This document shows positions 12,342-25,534 of a stretch of 64,000 nucleotides of DNA, in pieces. Both the position numbers and the translations under genes were made by a program. Positions within the stretch are counted from its first letter, which is position 1, and every line of letters begins with the position of its first letter. The notes under the pieces were generated by a model. The model did no database searches and was not told the origin of the DNA. It saw only the letters and a program-made list of their open reading frames with translations. The DNA is from Tubiluchus corallicola (taxonomy: Eukaryota; Animalia; Priapulida): the NCBI GenBank assembly GCA_030141605.1, contig JAQGDQ010000146.1, forward strand, positions 379,933 through 443,932, given 5' to 3'.

Positions 12342-15300
12342 ATTCGTTCACCTGAATCTGCAGTTACTTGCACTCACTACAGTAAAGAACGGCAGATTGC
12401 TCCAGACTCGTCTAGTGTGAAACAGGCCTGACGCTAGACTTGATTTAATTTTATGGCAGTTCTTTTGGAGCGACTTTTGAGCGATAAATTTTCGCCTCTT
12501 TCTGCACGCGGCGGTTACCCAGCCGTCACACCTGCATGTCGGCTCATTATTGAACACGCAGGAGCAGCCTCAGCCTCAGCAGCAGCTGCAGGAACGGTTC
12601 ACAGAGAGCTGCGCATTCAGTGAAGTCCGCACGCATTACTTTGCGTCTCTTCTCTAGAGGTTCACTCCTCTGCAGTTCCTGTTGTCATACAGAGTCGGCA
12701 AGTTTATCTATTTTGCCTGTGACTTGAACTGCATCGTGTGCGCGAAATTTAGAAATTTAAGTGACAAAAAACAGAGAAAGATCGCGAGGAATTTAGTAAT
12801 GCCGGTGGCTTTTGTGAATATGAAATGTGGTATTCCAATTTATGTTACTATAAACTCTTGTCGTTTGTGTGTTAGTCTGCCAGTCTGCGTTGTTGACAGA
12901 CGTATATAATCGATTGTATATATAGGATTGCTCCCGATATTAAACTCTGTTACGTGGTTGATAGAGTTCACGCCTCTATCTTCTCTAATTGATTTTGCGA
13001 GTTTGTGAACTAGTGAAGCGGATGTCGGCAACGTGCTCTGGCTGATAGCGAAATGATGTCGGTGATATGACTGAATTTTCCTTTTCCAAGTGAGTAGTGC
13101 AGTTCACAGTTCACTATTATACAGTTCAGTTTGAAAGAATAGAGTAGTTTTTACTCCTGCAGTGAAATATTGAGCAGCAACTGAACCTGTTTTTGTTTTA
13201 GTAATTTCTAAAATTCTTCTCACAGACATTGTTATAATCAAACGAGCTGTAAAAAATGGCGGAAATTTGAAAAAAATTGACACTTTAAAGGGGGAGAAGC
13301 GCTGAATGTCCGAGGTTCCTAAATTACCTTTTCTTTAGTAACCAAAACCGAGAAACTCTGAATAAAAAGAGATACGTATTTATATGTAGTCCACTGTACT
13401 TACTTGTGTTTAATAACTGCCAAAAAAGAGAAACGATTAATTGTAATGCTAACATATATATTTTACAATATTTACATACACAAAACAACAGTGAAAACAA
13501 ACAAACAATATTAAACAGTGCAATTATCGATGTAAACTAATGGAGATAATAATCTATAATTAAGCCGCCTAAAGGGGGGGGGCGAGAATGTGAGTGCTCT
13601 CTACGACACAGTGTCTACACATTACCAATGAGTTAGTTTGACAGAAGGCTTTTATAACATTTGATATTCATTATATCTACAAATAGGTTAGGTAAAAGTT
13701 TAAGATCACGTATGTCATGTTACCTTGAAGGTCAAAACTACTTATAAATGCGGCTTCAACAAGTGTTTGATGTTTGACACTTGCAACAGTCCGCGACACA
13801 AACCTTGCTCGAGCTGAATATAGGTTTATTCATATGTTTATTAAAAATGAAATAGATACCGATTTTTTTTTTCATTCAGAGATGCTCAGTATATCAGCTT
13901 CGTCTGTTCGTCTCTAATGCAGAGTCATTAGTTTAAAGTTTTAATTCAAAAACGTAGAAAACGTTCATTTTGGCAAGAAAATGAGAAAAGTGTTGTACGT
14001 CGTGTCTTAATCACCTTAAAATGAAAAAAGTTCAGATTTTGAACCTCAAAATGAAAAAAGTTCAGGTTTTAAACCTAAGCGAGAGCGAAATTTTATAGTT
14101 ACTTTTGCCGGTTGAAGGTTGAATCATTTCTGTTTGTGCCTTACTGCGAAATTTCCAAGCTGTAACAATGAACAAACACGAATTGTAATTTTCATTAAAG
14201 AAGTTATATGGGCTCTAGAACGTAAATGTTTTGATTTTTTGACAAAAATGAGTTGTATGCTATACTAACATATCTTAGTCTCACTTAATTGTATATATTC
14301 ACATTGCATTCTAATCTTTATTTGATGTGATTGTACCACTAGTACGAATAAAAATGATATATATATACATATATGTATAACCGCATCGTTTTTTTTTCTC
14401 TATCGTGGGGTGAGATATTTTGGGATTACAGCCCATAGGCTGATTTTTCATATTTCAAGTCCGACATTACTACCCCATTTTCAAGTTCGACAAAAGTATA
14501 CACACAATTAATAATTGGTATTAATATTATTATTATTATTATTAATGTATATGATAATAATGTAATAATATTAATAAACGCAAAAGCGTTTCTGATAATT
14601 AAATAATGTGTAACCTAACCTTCTATCGTGTGTAAGGTTTTGTACTGTTTCTTTGAGAGCATGTATAGCGATTGTTAAAACCATTAAGAACTGCTTGATT
14701 GTAATATATTTAATATGACTTCTTTAGGCGTAGATACACTAAAAGATGCGCATCACGTATAAAATTTTGAGTTTGACTAAGTTTAAGCAGCTTACGGAAA
14801 GCCACGATGCGCTTACGAAAAGTCACGAAATCTTCCAGTTATGTCATGATTTTCAAGTGATTGGCGGCAACCAAACCGCCTGACAATTTCTATTCAGATG
14901 TAGTTTAATTTTATGCTTTATAGGCAGTTCTTTACAACTTTCTTTGTTATGTTTTTCTAAGTTTAACTGATAACAGTAAAATAAACCCAACATACTGAGT
15001 GACTTGTTCTTTCCTTAAACCAAATTTCTAGAGTGTTTCTTTGAGAGCGATTGATATATAGCGATTGTTAAAACCATTAAGAACTGTTTGAGTATGTATT
15101 TTGAGTCCATTAGGCGAAGATGTACTCAAAGATGCACACCAGTGTGAATTCACTTCGTCCCTGTAATCATTCATTATTATTCTCTCATGACATGTGAACG
15201 GAAGTCCACGCTGAACCTATAAAATACGCTGGTAAATCATGCACGTCGTAATTAGTGCAATTAACATACCTCTCTATTAACGTAACGTGATATGCGTGCC

Positions 15301-15521
15301 AAGTGGATTCGTGTAACATATAATACATTAAGCGAATAACGTCCATGATAAAATAAAATAATAACGGATGATTCACACGCGCAAGGCTTATTATCCACGC
15401 TACTTCAGTTTATTGAAATCATGCGTATACGTTGTTTATTTCGCTGCATGTACAAGTATGGAAGGGGTGCTGAGAATTGCCGTGCGTAAAAACGTACGTG
15501 CAACATGGTATAGATAGAAAA

Positions 15522-15555
<34 letters not shown>

Positions 15556-15623
15556 TGACTGACAGACAGACAGACAGACCGACCGACCGACCGACCGACC
15601 GACAGACAGACAGACAGACAGAC

Positions 15624-15654
<31 letters not shown>

Positions 15655-15660
15655 TAGATA
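15522..15660. repeat. (GACA/GACC/GATA)n tetranucleotide repeat
   Basis: Directly visible. Confidence 0.95.
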
Positions 15661-15907
15661 GCCAATTTTTATATAGACCAATAGACATTTGCCAATTAAA
15701 AACTTACGTCATACAAAGTAAATGTACATGGCACATAAGAAATATATGTTGGGTACAGGAGGCAACATAAAGTTTAACGATACATAACTTAAAAACGTAT
15801 AAATTAGAAACGTAGTATGTATAATTACGTAAATAAATGTAAATTAAGTAACAGTAATATGTATTTTTGTAATTAATCGGCAATTGGGTTGTGAGAATGA
15901 ATTAAAT

Positions 15908-16515
15908 TTAAAGGAAGACAAGATTGTTTTTCATTTCAAGTCCGAAAAAAAGTAATCGTTTTAACACAGTTAAAGCTATAAAAGCGTTTCTGATAATTAA
16001 ATAATAGATTAAAATCTTAATTGACGGCGGGCGAGCCCAACTATTGATGACATCACACACTAACATAATTTTTACCAGTAAAAATATTCCACGAGTATGT
16101 TGCACGTGTTTGTGAAAGTGAAAATTGAAATGCAATGCTACTGTAAGATATTCAGTGTGTTGTACTAAAACTAGGCAAGTTTTAAGATGTAAATTCAAAT
16201 CTCAAATTCACCGCTGTGCTCATGCATGAGCTGTCAAACGTGTGTAGTTTCTCACAAACTATCATGTCCGAAATGAGAGGTACAGCACCTGTTTTTTGTG
16301 CAATGCGTTTCCGAAATGCAGGCGCTAGTGCCCGTCTAACTGGCGAATGGTGAAATGCATGTAACAGCAAATAACTAGTGGCGCAAACTTGAAATTGTGT
16401 TTGTGTGGTAATAATTCTTTCAAGTAAGTCATTTTTGAAAAAAATAGTATGTTTCCTTTCAATATTTTAAAGAGTCGATTGTTTTGACTTACAGTTTAAG
16501 ATTGAGTCCAGTTTT
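15908..16515 (-). mobile_element. Kolobok-like family A copy
   Basis: Starts TTAAAGGAAGAC; reverse complement of the family consensus. Confidence 0.8.
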
Positions 16516-17372
16516 TTTTTCTACAATATACGCAATATACGACAGATACAACTCAAAACTGACCAAAAACAATTGTCATAATTAGAGCCATTAAGCGAAT
16601 TTTGAAATTAAATCAGTTTATACTACTCATAAAATCATTATACTGTACTATCTAATTTAAGTGACTATATTTTAACTTATAATTGTGGTATCTATAAATA
16701 TAGTTACTGGGAACCCTCATCAGTATGTAGATATTAGAAACTGATGCTTGACCGACGGAGTAATTTAGCTTTTTTATTTATCAGATGCAGTCAATTTTTG
16801 AATTCTAGATGTTGACTATGGTTCATCAGCCTGGCGAAATCCGTCCACAATGAATTGCCACCCATTACTAATACGATCGTTGATTCTACTTTTCGTAATT
16901 ATTAAACTGTAATATGCTGTGAATGAGTGAAATTTCATATATGTCATGTTCACTTATCCTAGCCGTTTTTCATCTTCGCCATCATGTTTTTAAGCTCATT
17001 ATACATTCGTACACCTGTAATTTTACCTGTGTTGATGTGAAACGTGTAGTCTCTACCGCCCAATTATCTCCGTGTTGACTTTACGGCTGACAAACTCGCA
17101 TAAATCTTTGACAGGTGTAATTTTCGGCGCGAATACAACAATATCATCATTGAGATAAGGGCAGGAGCAGTGGCCTTGATTGCAGGTAAATCAGGTAAGC
17201 CTTAATGATGTAAGACACGCAAGCCTAGTGTCTGGTCTGGTCTAGTTATAGGAACCAATTTTACTTCGTGGTAAAAAGTTCGAAGTAGAATTTTCTCTAG
17301 AAGCGTATTGTTCTCGGTATGCTCGTCGACGTATACACTACTTTTGTGCACCTGGTCAAAATTTATTAAAGT

Positions 17373-17983
17373 TTATAGGAAAACTGAACCCAATCTTAAA
17401 CTGTAGGTCAAAACAATATACTTTTTAAAATATTGCAAGGAATATACTATTTTTTCAAAAATGACTTACGTGAGAGAATTATTACCACACAAACACAATT
17501 TCACGTTCGCGCCACTAGTTATTCGCTGTTACATGCACTTCGCTAGTTAGATGGGCACTAGCGCCTGTATTTCGGAAACGCATTGCACAAAAAAACAGCT
17601 GTTGTACCTCTCAGTTCAGATGTGTTAGTTTGTGACGAAATACACAAGTTCGACAGCTCATGCATGAGCACAGCGGTAAATTTAAAATTTGAATTTTTGT
17701 CTTAAAACTTGCCTACTTTTAGTACAACACACTGAATATCTTACAGTAGCACTGTATTTCAGTTTTCTCTTTCACAAATACGGGCAACATGCCCGTAGAA
17801 TATTTTTGCTGTTGAAAATTATGTTAGTTTGTGACGTCATCAATCGCTTGCCGTTAATTAAATTTTTAACCTATTATTTAATTATCAGAAACGCTTTTGC
17901 AGTATTAATTGTGTTAAAATGTTTAATTTTTATCGGACTTGAAAATGGGGTAGTATAAGAAAATTCATCCTGTCTTCTTTTAA
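17373..17983 (+). mobile_element. Kolobok-like family A copy
   Basis: Ends tcctgtcttcttttaa. Confidence 0.8.
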
Positions 17984-18262
17984 TCCCTGTTATAAGGCGT
18001 ATTCATTTTAATGTTAAGTCGTTTATATAACATTGTGTGACGTTTGAATGAATAATCAGAGCAAGCGTAACTTACTTTCTATTATCAATAAGACCAATGT
18101 GTTTTTTTGGTGAATCAGTGGTGCACACTGGGATGATGAAGTAGTGACATTTTAGCATCTGGTGGGAATATTTTAAACTATTACGAATCACATGAAACTT
18201 TCTAACAGGTAAGCGTAATGCTAAGTAATATAATTTTGTGTGGAACGATTTTCGGAATGTAC

Positions 18263-18927
18263 TTTGAAGTCCACTTTTTTGCATCCACTTACAAAGAGCT
18301 TAAAAGTATGTCTTGAAATTTTATACCACTTGCGTACTGCTTTCTTACATACAGGACTTGCGTCGGCAGTAACGCTGTATAAAATGTGTAAATTTAAATT
18401 ACGGCAATGACCGTTAGGCACAGCCACTTTAATGGTAGGTCGTTTGAAACAAGTTTAGATGACATTGTGTGAAGTTTGAAAAAATAATCAGAGCATTCGT
18501 AACACACATGTTACCAACTAAGTAAAATTTTAAATTACTGTATCTTGTCAATAAGATTAAAAATACGTTTTTTGGTTGATAAGTGGCGCACCCTGGAGGG
18601 TGAGTCAACGACATTTTACCAATTAGCGTGAACATTATAAATTATTATTTCTAATTACATAACTCTTTCCGGCTAAGTAATATGGATTTGCATGGAAAGT
18701 TTTTTGGGACGTAATTTAACATTTTTCTTCACTTGATTTACGTTGTGCGTATATGACGTCATGTAATGGCGTGGTCGGAACAGTACTGCAGGAGATTTAA
18801 AATGAAAACAAACAAAAATTCCTTTCAAAGCGAGTACGATATACGCATAAAATTGCTGTAAAGTAATATAATTTTTCAAGGCGATTTTGCTGAAACCCGC
18901 TTCAGGTACCCCTTTCTTGTCCGTTAA
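18263..18927 (-). mobile_element. Kolobok-like family B copy
   Basis: Reverse complement of 1107-1763. Confidence 0.75.
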
Positions 18928-19449
18928 GCATTTTACTAACATCCGATAAATTTTTGCATGCCATAAGCCTGTACATATGACTATAATTGTTTCACACACG
19001 TTTTCATGCGTGTCATCATTAAAAGATTGGTTTACCTGAGCGTAATGCCTTCTGCGCTTGCGTGTGTTGATTTCCCAGTTCATAAAGCAATGATAAGTCA
19101 GTTAATTTAAAGCCGGAAGTGGATTTCAGCCATTATCAAGAGCTCCACGTCTGACACTAAATGAACAGTGTGGGATTCTTAAACTCCATCAGCTAATATT
19201 ATAATGATTCATTGTGATGACAGGAAATACCCCTGACTTCCTGACTGCAGGGGATAAATATGTAATCGTAATCAAAGAACAGTTTTGTAAGTAAATTAGG
19301 ATTTCTGAAACGCAAATTTGCTAAATTATTAAAAGAATAAACTTCAAAAATGCATTGCCGGAAAAAAGATTTTAACTCACTGTGAAAATTTAATACTGTG
19401 CACTAGAATATAGGGTACTATTCTAAATGGTTTTGTTTTGTTTTGTACG

Positions 19450-20092
19450 TTAAAGCCCGAAAAAATCCTACACTTACATAAAGCTTAAAAAATTCGTTTT
19501 GAAATTTTTACCACATACTGCCTTTTTGCATATGGGCTTGCCTCGGCAGTAACGCTGTATAAAACATGTAAATTTAGACTCTCGCGATGACCGTTAGGCG
19601 CAGCCATTTTGACGATAAGTCATTTGAGACACGTTTATATAACATTGTGTAAAGTTTGAAAAAATATTCAGAACATTCGTAATGCGCATGTTGCTAATTA
19701 AGTAAAATTTTAAATTACTGTCTCGTCAATAAGATTACAGATAAGTTTTTTGATTAGTGAGTGGTGCACCCTGGAAGTGAGTCAGCGACATTTTACCAAT
19801 TGATGAAAACATTTTAAATAATTAAAATTTTTTTCCTAGTTACCTAAGTCTTTCCAACAGTTTTTTTGGGATATAGTTTAACACTTCCTTTTCTTCACCT
19901 GATTTACTTTATGCGTAAGTGACGTCATGTAATGGCGCGGTCGGAACAGTATTGTGGGAGATTTAAAATGAAAACAAACAAAAAATCCTTTCGACCCGAG
20001 TACGATATACGCTTAAAATTGCTATAAAGTAATTTAGTTTTTAAGGCGATTTTTCTGAAACCATTTCAAGTACCCCTTTTCTTGTCTTTTAA
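19450..20092 (-). mobile_element. Kolobok-like family B copy
   Basis: TTAAAG...CTTTTAA ends; homologous to 18263-18927. Confidence 0.75.
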
Positions 20093-20487
20093 GCAAAGTC
20101 TTGAAGAAAAAACTTAGGGCAACTGCAACACATAGACACGTATTTAAGCGATGATAACGTCTCGAGGAAACTAGAATTTTAAATAAAAAGATCACTGAAC
20201 ATGACTCAGTTTAATTCTTCAGAACATAAGCAGGTCGATGTGCATCTGTAAACAAATATGAATTGAAATGTTTTACTTCTTTGATTAAATTCTATACTTT
20301 TACATTCTTATCACAAGTTATTTAATCAAGGAATCACGAATTTTCCTAAAAACAGCCAAAATGTAAAACTCGAAATTGTTATTAAAACGGCGGCGATTTT
20401 GTTAAACTATAAATGGTAAAATTCTTTGTTTCGAAATATTTTTTCAGAATATAATAGGTGTTGATGTTGAAAAATAGTCAATAAACT

Positions 20488-20583
20488 CTACTACTACTAC
20501 TACTACTCCTACTACTGCTGCTGCTGCTGCTGCTGCCGCTGCCGCTGCCACCGCCACGACCACCGCCGCCGCCGCCGCTACTA
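20488..20583. repeat. Compound trinucleotide repeat CTA>CTG>CCG
   Basis: Directly visible. Confidence 0.9.
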
Positions 20584-21005
20584 TTTGCGTGCTGACTGTG
20601 ACTGTGACATGACATCCGCTATATTATACGGATCCTAACCAAAAGGCCATTAACAGATGTTGATGTTGAAAAAGCCACCACAGAACTAGCAGGTGCTCAA
20701 TTTTATTTTGGAAGGATTTGGCCTGTTCTAGTTCCTCTATGGCTGAAACCAAAGAAAAATAGTTTATTATTTGAACAGGAGTCAGCCGTGAAAGATAAAC
20801 AGAGCTTGTTTGCAAACTCCGGAAACGTGTATTTGTTGAGAAGGGCACGCTTGTCTGTTGTTTGTTATGTTTGTGACTCCTTCAAATCTTCTTTAATCAC
20901 AGGATATTATCTGGTCACTGAGTACCTACGTTTACTATCTTGTAAATAAAAGGATGTTATCTAGGAAGCTGGTGTTGGCAATAGTGAGAATGTACTCTTG
21001 TGAAT

Positions 21006-21262
21006 TCATATGACTGTCCTTCTTTGAGGCCTTTTATTTTTGAGCCAAATGGGCCCTCTTCGAAGCATTTTATTTGAGATAAATGGTCCTTCTTTGAGGC
21101 CCTTTAGGTGAAATATGGGGCCTCTAACTATGCGAATGTTGTTCAAATATATCACAAGTAAAAAAATTCGACACGAGCGCAAACAAAGGAGAGGGTGGCT
21201 ACGTCTGAGGAGGGGCCATAATTTCATTAGCCTAGGGACCCCAAAGATCATAACTTGGCCCT
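21006..21262 (-). mobile_element. hAT-like MITE family F, partial
   Basis: Terminus ttggccctg; matches 9838-10000 including about 3 degenerate 34-bp units. Confidence 0.6.
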
Positions 21263-22939
21263 GATCATTTTGTTTTGTTTTTTGGGTTTTTTGCTGGAAT
21301 AAGATCTTATTTAATTTAACTTAATCTAATAATGCTAGTGCACATTATACTCATACTGACAAATTTTCAGCTTCGTTTTTCTCAGTGTATGACTTGACAC
21401 AAAAGCGCAGGTAGTATTACTATAACTTTCCTATCATAATTAATTCATTCAAAGACTTGCCTGTTAAGTTGTTGATTGAATTTGTGCAAAACGGTTTTTG
21501 TAAGAGTAGAAATGTTAAAAATGACAATTTTGATGATTCTCTTCAACGTACTGTTTATATTCGACGGTGTACGTTTTGTTATACACTTATATATATAAAA
21601 TTAAATACACGAAAGAGTCAGCTTCTATGAATTAACATGTTGTTTATTAGCAGATGTTGTTTGAAGAATTTTAGGTTTTCCATATTGCGTTCCCTCTCGT
21701 GGTTGTGGAAAATAGAAAAACGTGTATTATTCTTCTAACACTTTTCCCCAGGGATTACCGTGACTTCTTTTCCCGATATGTAGACTTTGCTTGTCAAATT
21801 AATCATTTGCAGGTTGTTATAATCTTTGTCTGAAACTGATTTACAATGTACTAATTTCATGTTTTTTTACAGTTTTTTTCACATGAGAACCTCTTTCTAA
21901 GTCATTTCCACGTGTATTCTGACAATTTGAATTTCACTTGTGTGATTATGTAATTAATTGATGAGTAATGTGTGATTAATTAAATGATTTAATCTATTTT
22001 GTGCTTTGATTAGCAATGTTATAATTGCACTAATTATTGGTTTTAGCTTGATCTATAGCAATGAAAATGACAGTTGCTGTCGAAGCGATCGTCTGCGCTA
22101 ATAAACTACACGCACGCACGCACGCACGCACGCACATATGTATGTAATTACTGCTTTTGTGTAACAGAATGTCGCCACCACCAAGGCAACGATTGTTGTT
22201 ATTCCGTTGTTAAGAGAGAATAACTCCAGCCAACTAACTAATTCCTTTCAATTAACTTTTTAGCTAAAGATATAGGCCTAGTCAATAACTGTTCGTTGTT
22301 AGAGAGTTTAAACCACAGATTTATGCTGCAGTCACCAATCTAATTATCCCCTGCCCTAGCATTGCTTAACGTTCGACCATCGCCACGTAAGAACCTCCAC
22401 GGCTTCCCACATCTTCAGAGACTGGGATGCATTTGATACTGGATAAAACGCAAACGCGTTTCCAAGGCGTTAATTAACCCCAGCCTCGTATCGTCAGACA
22501 ATCTAAATGCCAGTCAGTCCAAAATTATGACTTTTCCAAATCTTCGATTGAATCCGCGCGACTTAGCGAGGGGATTTAATCTGATTCCGGCAGTAAACTG
22601 TCCTGTCCATTCACTTGGCTTCTTCAGCCTTCCCATCCTTTTCTTGTCTCGTCATACAACAAACAGGGTAATTAGAATTGTCACCGCTGATCCCGCGTAA
22701 TCTTTTCCAACTCGCAAATTCTCCCAAATTGACTGCAAACGACGAATTTCTCCCCGCGTAAAACATCGTGGTCGTGCAAATCCGCCGTCATTTAGTTTCT
22801 ATTTTTATTGTCAGGTCTAAGCTGTAATTAACTCACTTCAACACCGGGGTTTAAACGTGAGAAAACAGTCACGAATGCCTATTTTACATAGGTGACCGAT
22901 TGTAATGTGTGGAAAATGGCGAATGAAAAAAAGCTGTTC

Positions 22940-23410
22940 TTAAAGGAAGACATTACGATTTTTCATACACTACCCCATTTTCAACTCCAACAAAAAGTAT
23001 ACATTTTAACATAATTAATACTGCAAAAGCGTTTCTGATAATTAAATAATAGGTTAAAAACTTAATTAACGGCGTGCGAGCCCAATTATTGATGACATCA
23101 CAAACTAACATAATTTTCAACAGCAAAAATATTTCACGAGCGTGTTACACGTGTTTTTGAAAATGAAAATTGAAGTTCAATGTTACTGTAAGATATTCAG
23201 TGTGTTGCACTAAAACTAGGCAAGTCTTAAGATAAAACTTCAAATTTCAAATCTACCGCTGTGCTGACGCATGAGCTGTCGAACGTGTGTAGTGCGTAAC
23301 AAACTAACACATCTGAACTCAGATATATAGCACCTGTTTTTGTGCGATGCGTTTTCGAAATGCAGGTTGTTTTGACCTACACATTAAGACTGGGTCCGGT
23401 TTTGCTTTAA
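22940..23410 (-). mobile_element. Kolobok-like family A copy with internal deletion
   Basis: Both termini present; shares its TTAA with the adjacent family D copy. Confidence 0.8.
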
Positions 23411-23760
23411 GGAAAGAAAAACTCACTCAGTATGTTTGGTTCATTTTACTGTTATCACTCAAACTTAGAAAAATATAACAAAGAAATTTGCAAAGAACTG
23501 CCTATAAAGCATAAATTTAAAACAAACTACCTCTGAATAGAAATTTTCAAGCGTGGTGGTTGCCGCCATTCATTTGAAAATCATGACGTAGGTGGGGACT
23601 TCGTGACTTTTCGTAAGCGCTTCGTGGCTTTCCGTAAGCGCGCGCTGCTTAAACTAATTCAAAGTTCTGCAGGTTACCTAATGCCCACGCAAAAATATTA
23701 CAAAATTAGTTATCTATTTTTTTTGTAAAAACTTATTATACTTTTGGTGAAAGATTGACA
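23407..23760 (+). mobile_element. 5' half of Kolobok-like family D
   Basis: Reverse complement of about 5280-5594. Confidence 0.7.
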
Positions 23761-24136
23761 GTGCAAGTGGGAACTTTCGCTTTAATTTACATATTAAACA
23801 CCTCAGACTAAATTGAATTTTACCTGCAAATTAGATTGTTTTTCGAGCAGAAATAACATCGTCGTCATTTCAGTACGCGTGTATAGCACAGGCACATGGT
23901 AGTTCTACTAGCTGGGCCCAATCAAATAGTGACGAATGTCGCCATTTGCTAAAATTATATTACTTAACCAATAGACGTTGGTGTACCATAATTTGAACAT
24001 GTCCATGATTCAGAAGTAAATTGTTTGACTATTTTTGTGTTGTCTTATTGAGGTTACACAATTCGGCTTGAGAGTTTTTAAGCCTGTGTATCTTTGAACC
24101 AAAGTAAATAGCGCTAAATTCACCTCTTAGTAGAAA

Positions 24137-24509
24137 GTCTTTTCACAGTTTCGTTGTGCGCACGCGCATTTGCCGTGGGTCAAAGGTTAAGCGCACCACA
24201 ACCACGCGTTTTAACTACAACCGTTAAGCAAACCCGTCTGTCGCATCGGTACAGTAATTTTAGTTGTTTTACGTGAACTTTACTTAGCTATGCATTTGTC
24301 TGTGCGTAGAGTGATTTACTAGCAGGATCTTGCTTGGAAACAAGAAAAAATGAACTAGGTAAGGTTCTAGCTAGCTGTTGAGACTGTTACTATTTACAAT
24401 AGCATGGAGTACGAGGCGTTGTCAAGTATACACAAATGCGTTGTCTGGTACACTTAACCTTTGACCTTTTCACGATCATCATCAATCGCTGGAACTGTGA
24501 AAAAGCTTA
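24137..24509 (-). mobile_element. TIR MITE family C copy
   Basis: TIRs cttttcacagtt / aactgtgaaaa. Confidence 0.8.
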
Positions 24510-25162
24510 TTAAAGCAAGTTTCTGCCGAATTTCCTTTAAAATACAAAGCTGTAATGAAATACATATTAATCTAAAGTAATATTTTTAAAAATGGAAGAG
24601 CCAAATCTTTTTGTTACCGTAATTTGTTACTGATGTCATGATTTGCTGCCACGTGGACAGCACGTGACAACAACATGAGTGCCTGTAATTGGTACTTATT
24701 TTACTCAGCCTTCCCTTAATAAGCTTCCTCAAATAACATAATTCAGCATAATTTTAAAATTAACATGGATACTTTTCAGTCTCTGTTCGAATAGTTGTAT
24801 GCTTCCAAAATGTTTTCGAATCTTTCCGAGGCAGCAATTTTTATAATAGCCAAGCAATTACCTGCAGTTGGTATTTAGCTACAGACCGAAACGCCATTAT
24901 TTTATAAACGACCTTGCCAAGGATTTCCCTGCTGTACTGCAGAGTTAAAAATATAATTTTAACAAGACCAGATTTATGTAAAATATCAAAAAAAGTTTCG
25001 TCTTCGTAGTTATATGTACAAATAATAATAAGTATGTGCGTTGACGGAAATTCAAGAGAAAAGGTGACTTTCAAATTGCAAACAGGTGAAACATATGACG
25101 TTTTTCATTCCTTCATCTTCATAGGGATGGTGGCACACCTTTGACTAAAGCTGGCCCAACAG

Positions 25163-25534
25163 TTAAAGCAAAACCGGACCCCTGATCTTAAACTATAGGT
25201 TAAAACAATCTACTCTTTAAAATATTGAAAAAGAAACGCACCATGTTTTCGAAAATCGTTTACGCACCTAGTTTTAGCACAGCACACTGAAAATCTGACA
25301 GTAGCACTGCACTTCAGTTTTCGCTTTCGCAAACACGTGCAACACACTCATGGAACATTTTTGATGTTGAAAATTATGTTAGTTTGTGATGTCATCAGTC
25401 GCCTGCCGTTAATTAATTTTTAACCTATTACTTAATCAGAAACGCTTTTGCTGTATTAGTTGTGTTAAAATGTATACTTTTTACCAGACTTGAAAATGGG
25501 GCAGTATATGAAATATCATCCTGTCTTCTTTTAA
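25163..25534 (+). mobile_element. Kolobok-like family A copy with internal deletion
   Basis: TTAAAGCAAAACCGGACCC ... tcctgtcttcttttaa. Confidence 0.8.

Noticed and set aside
15908-17958. Recurrent similar short ORFs (MNFCLKTCL...; also 2443-2951 and 44440-44637)
   Set aside because: Similarity comes from family A MITE copies; frames and stops are not conserved
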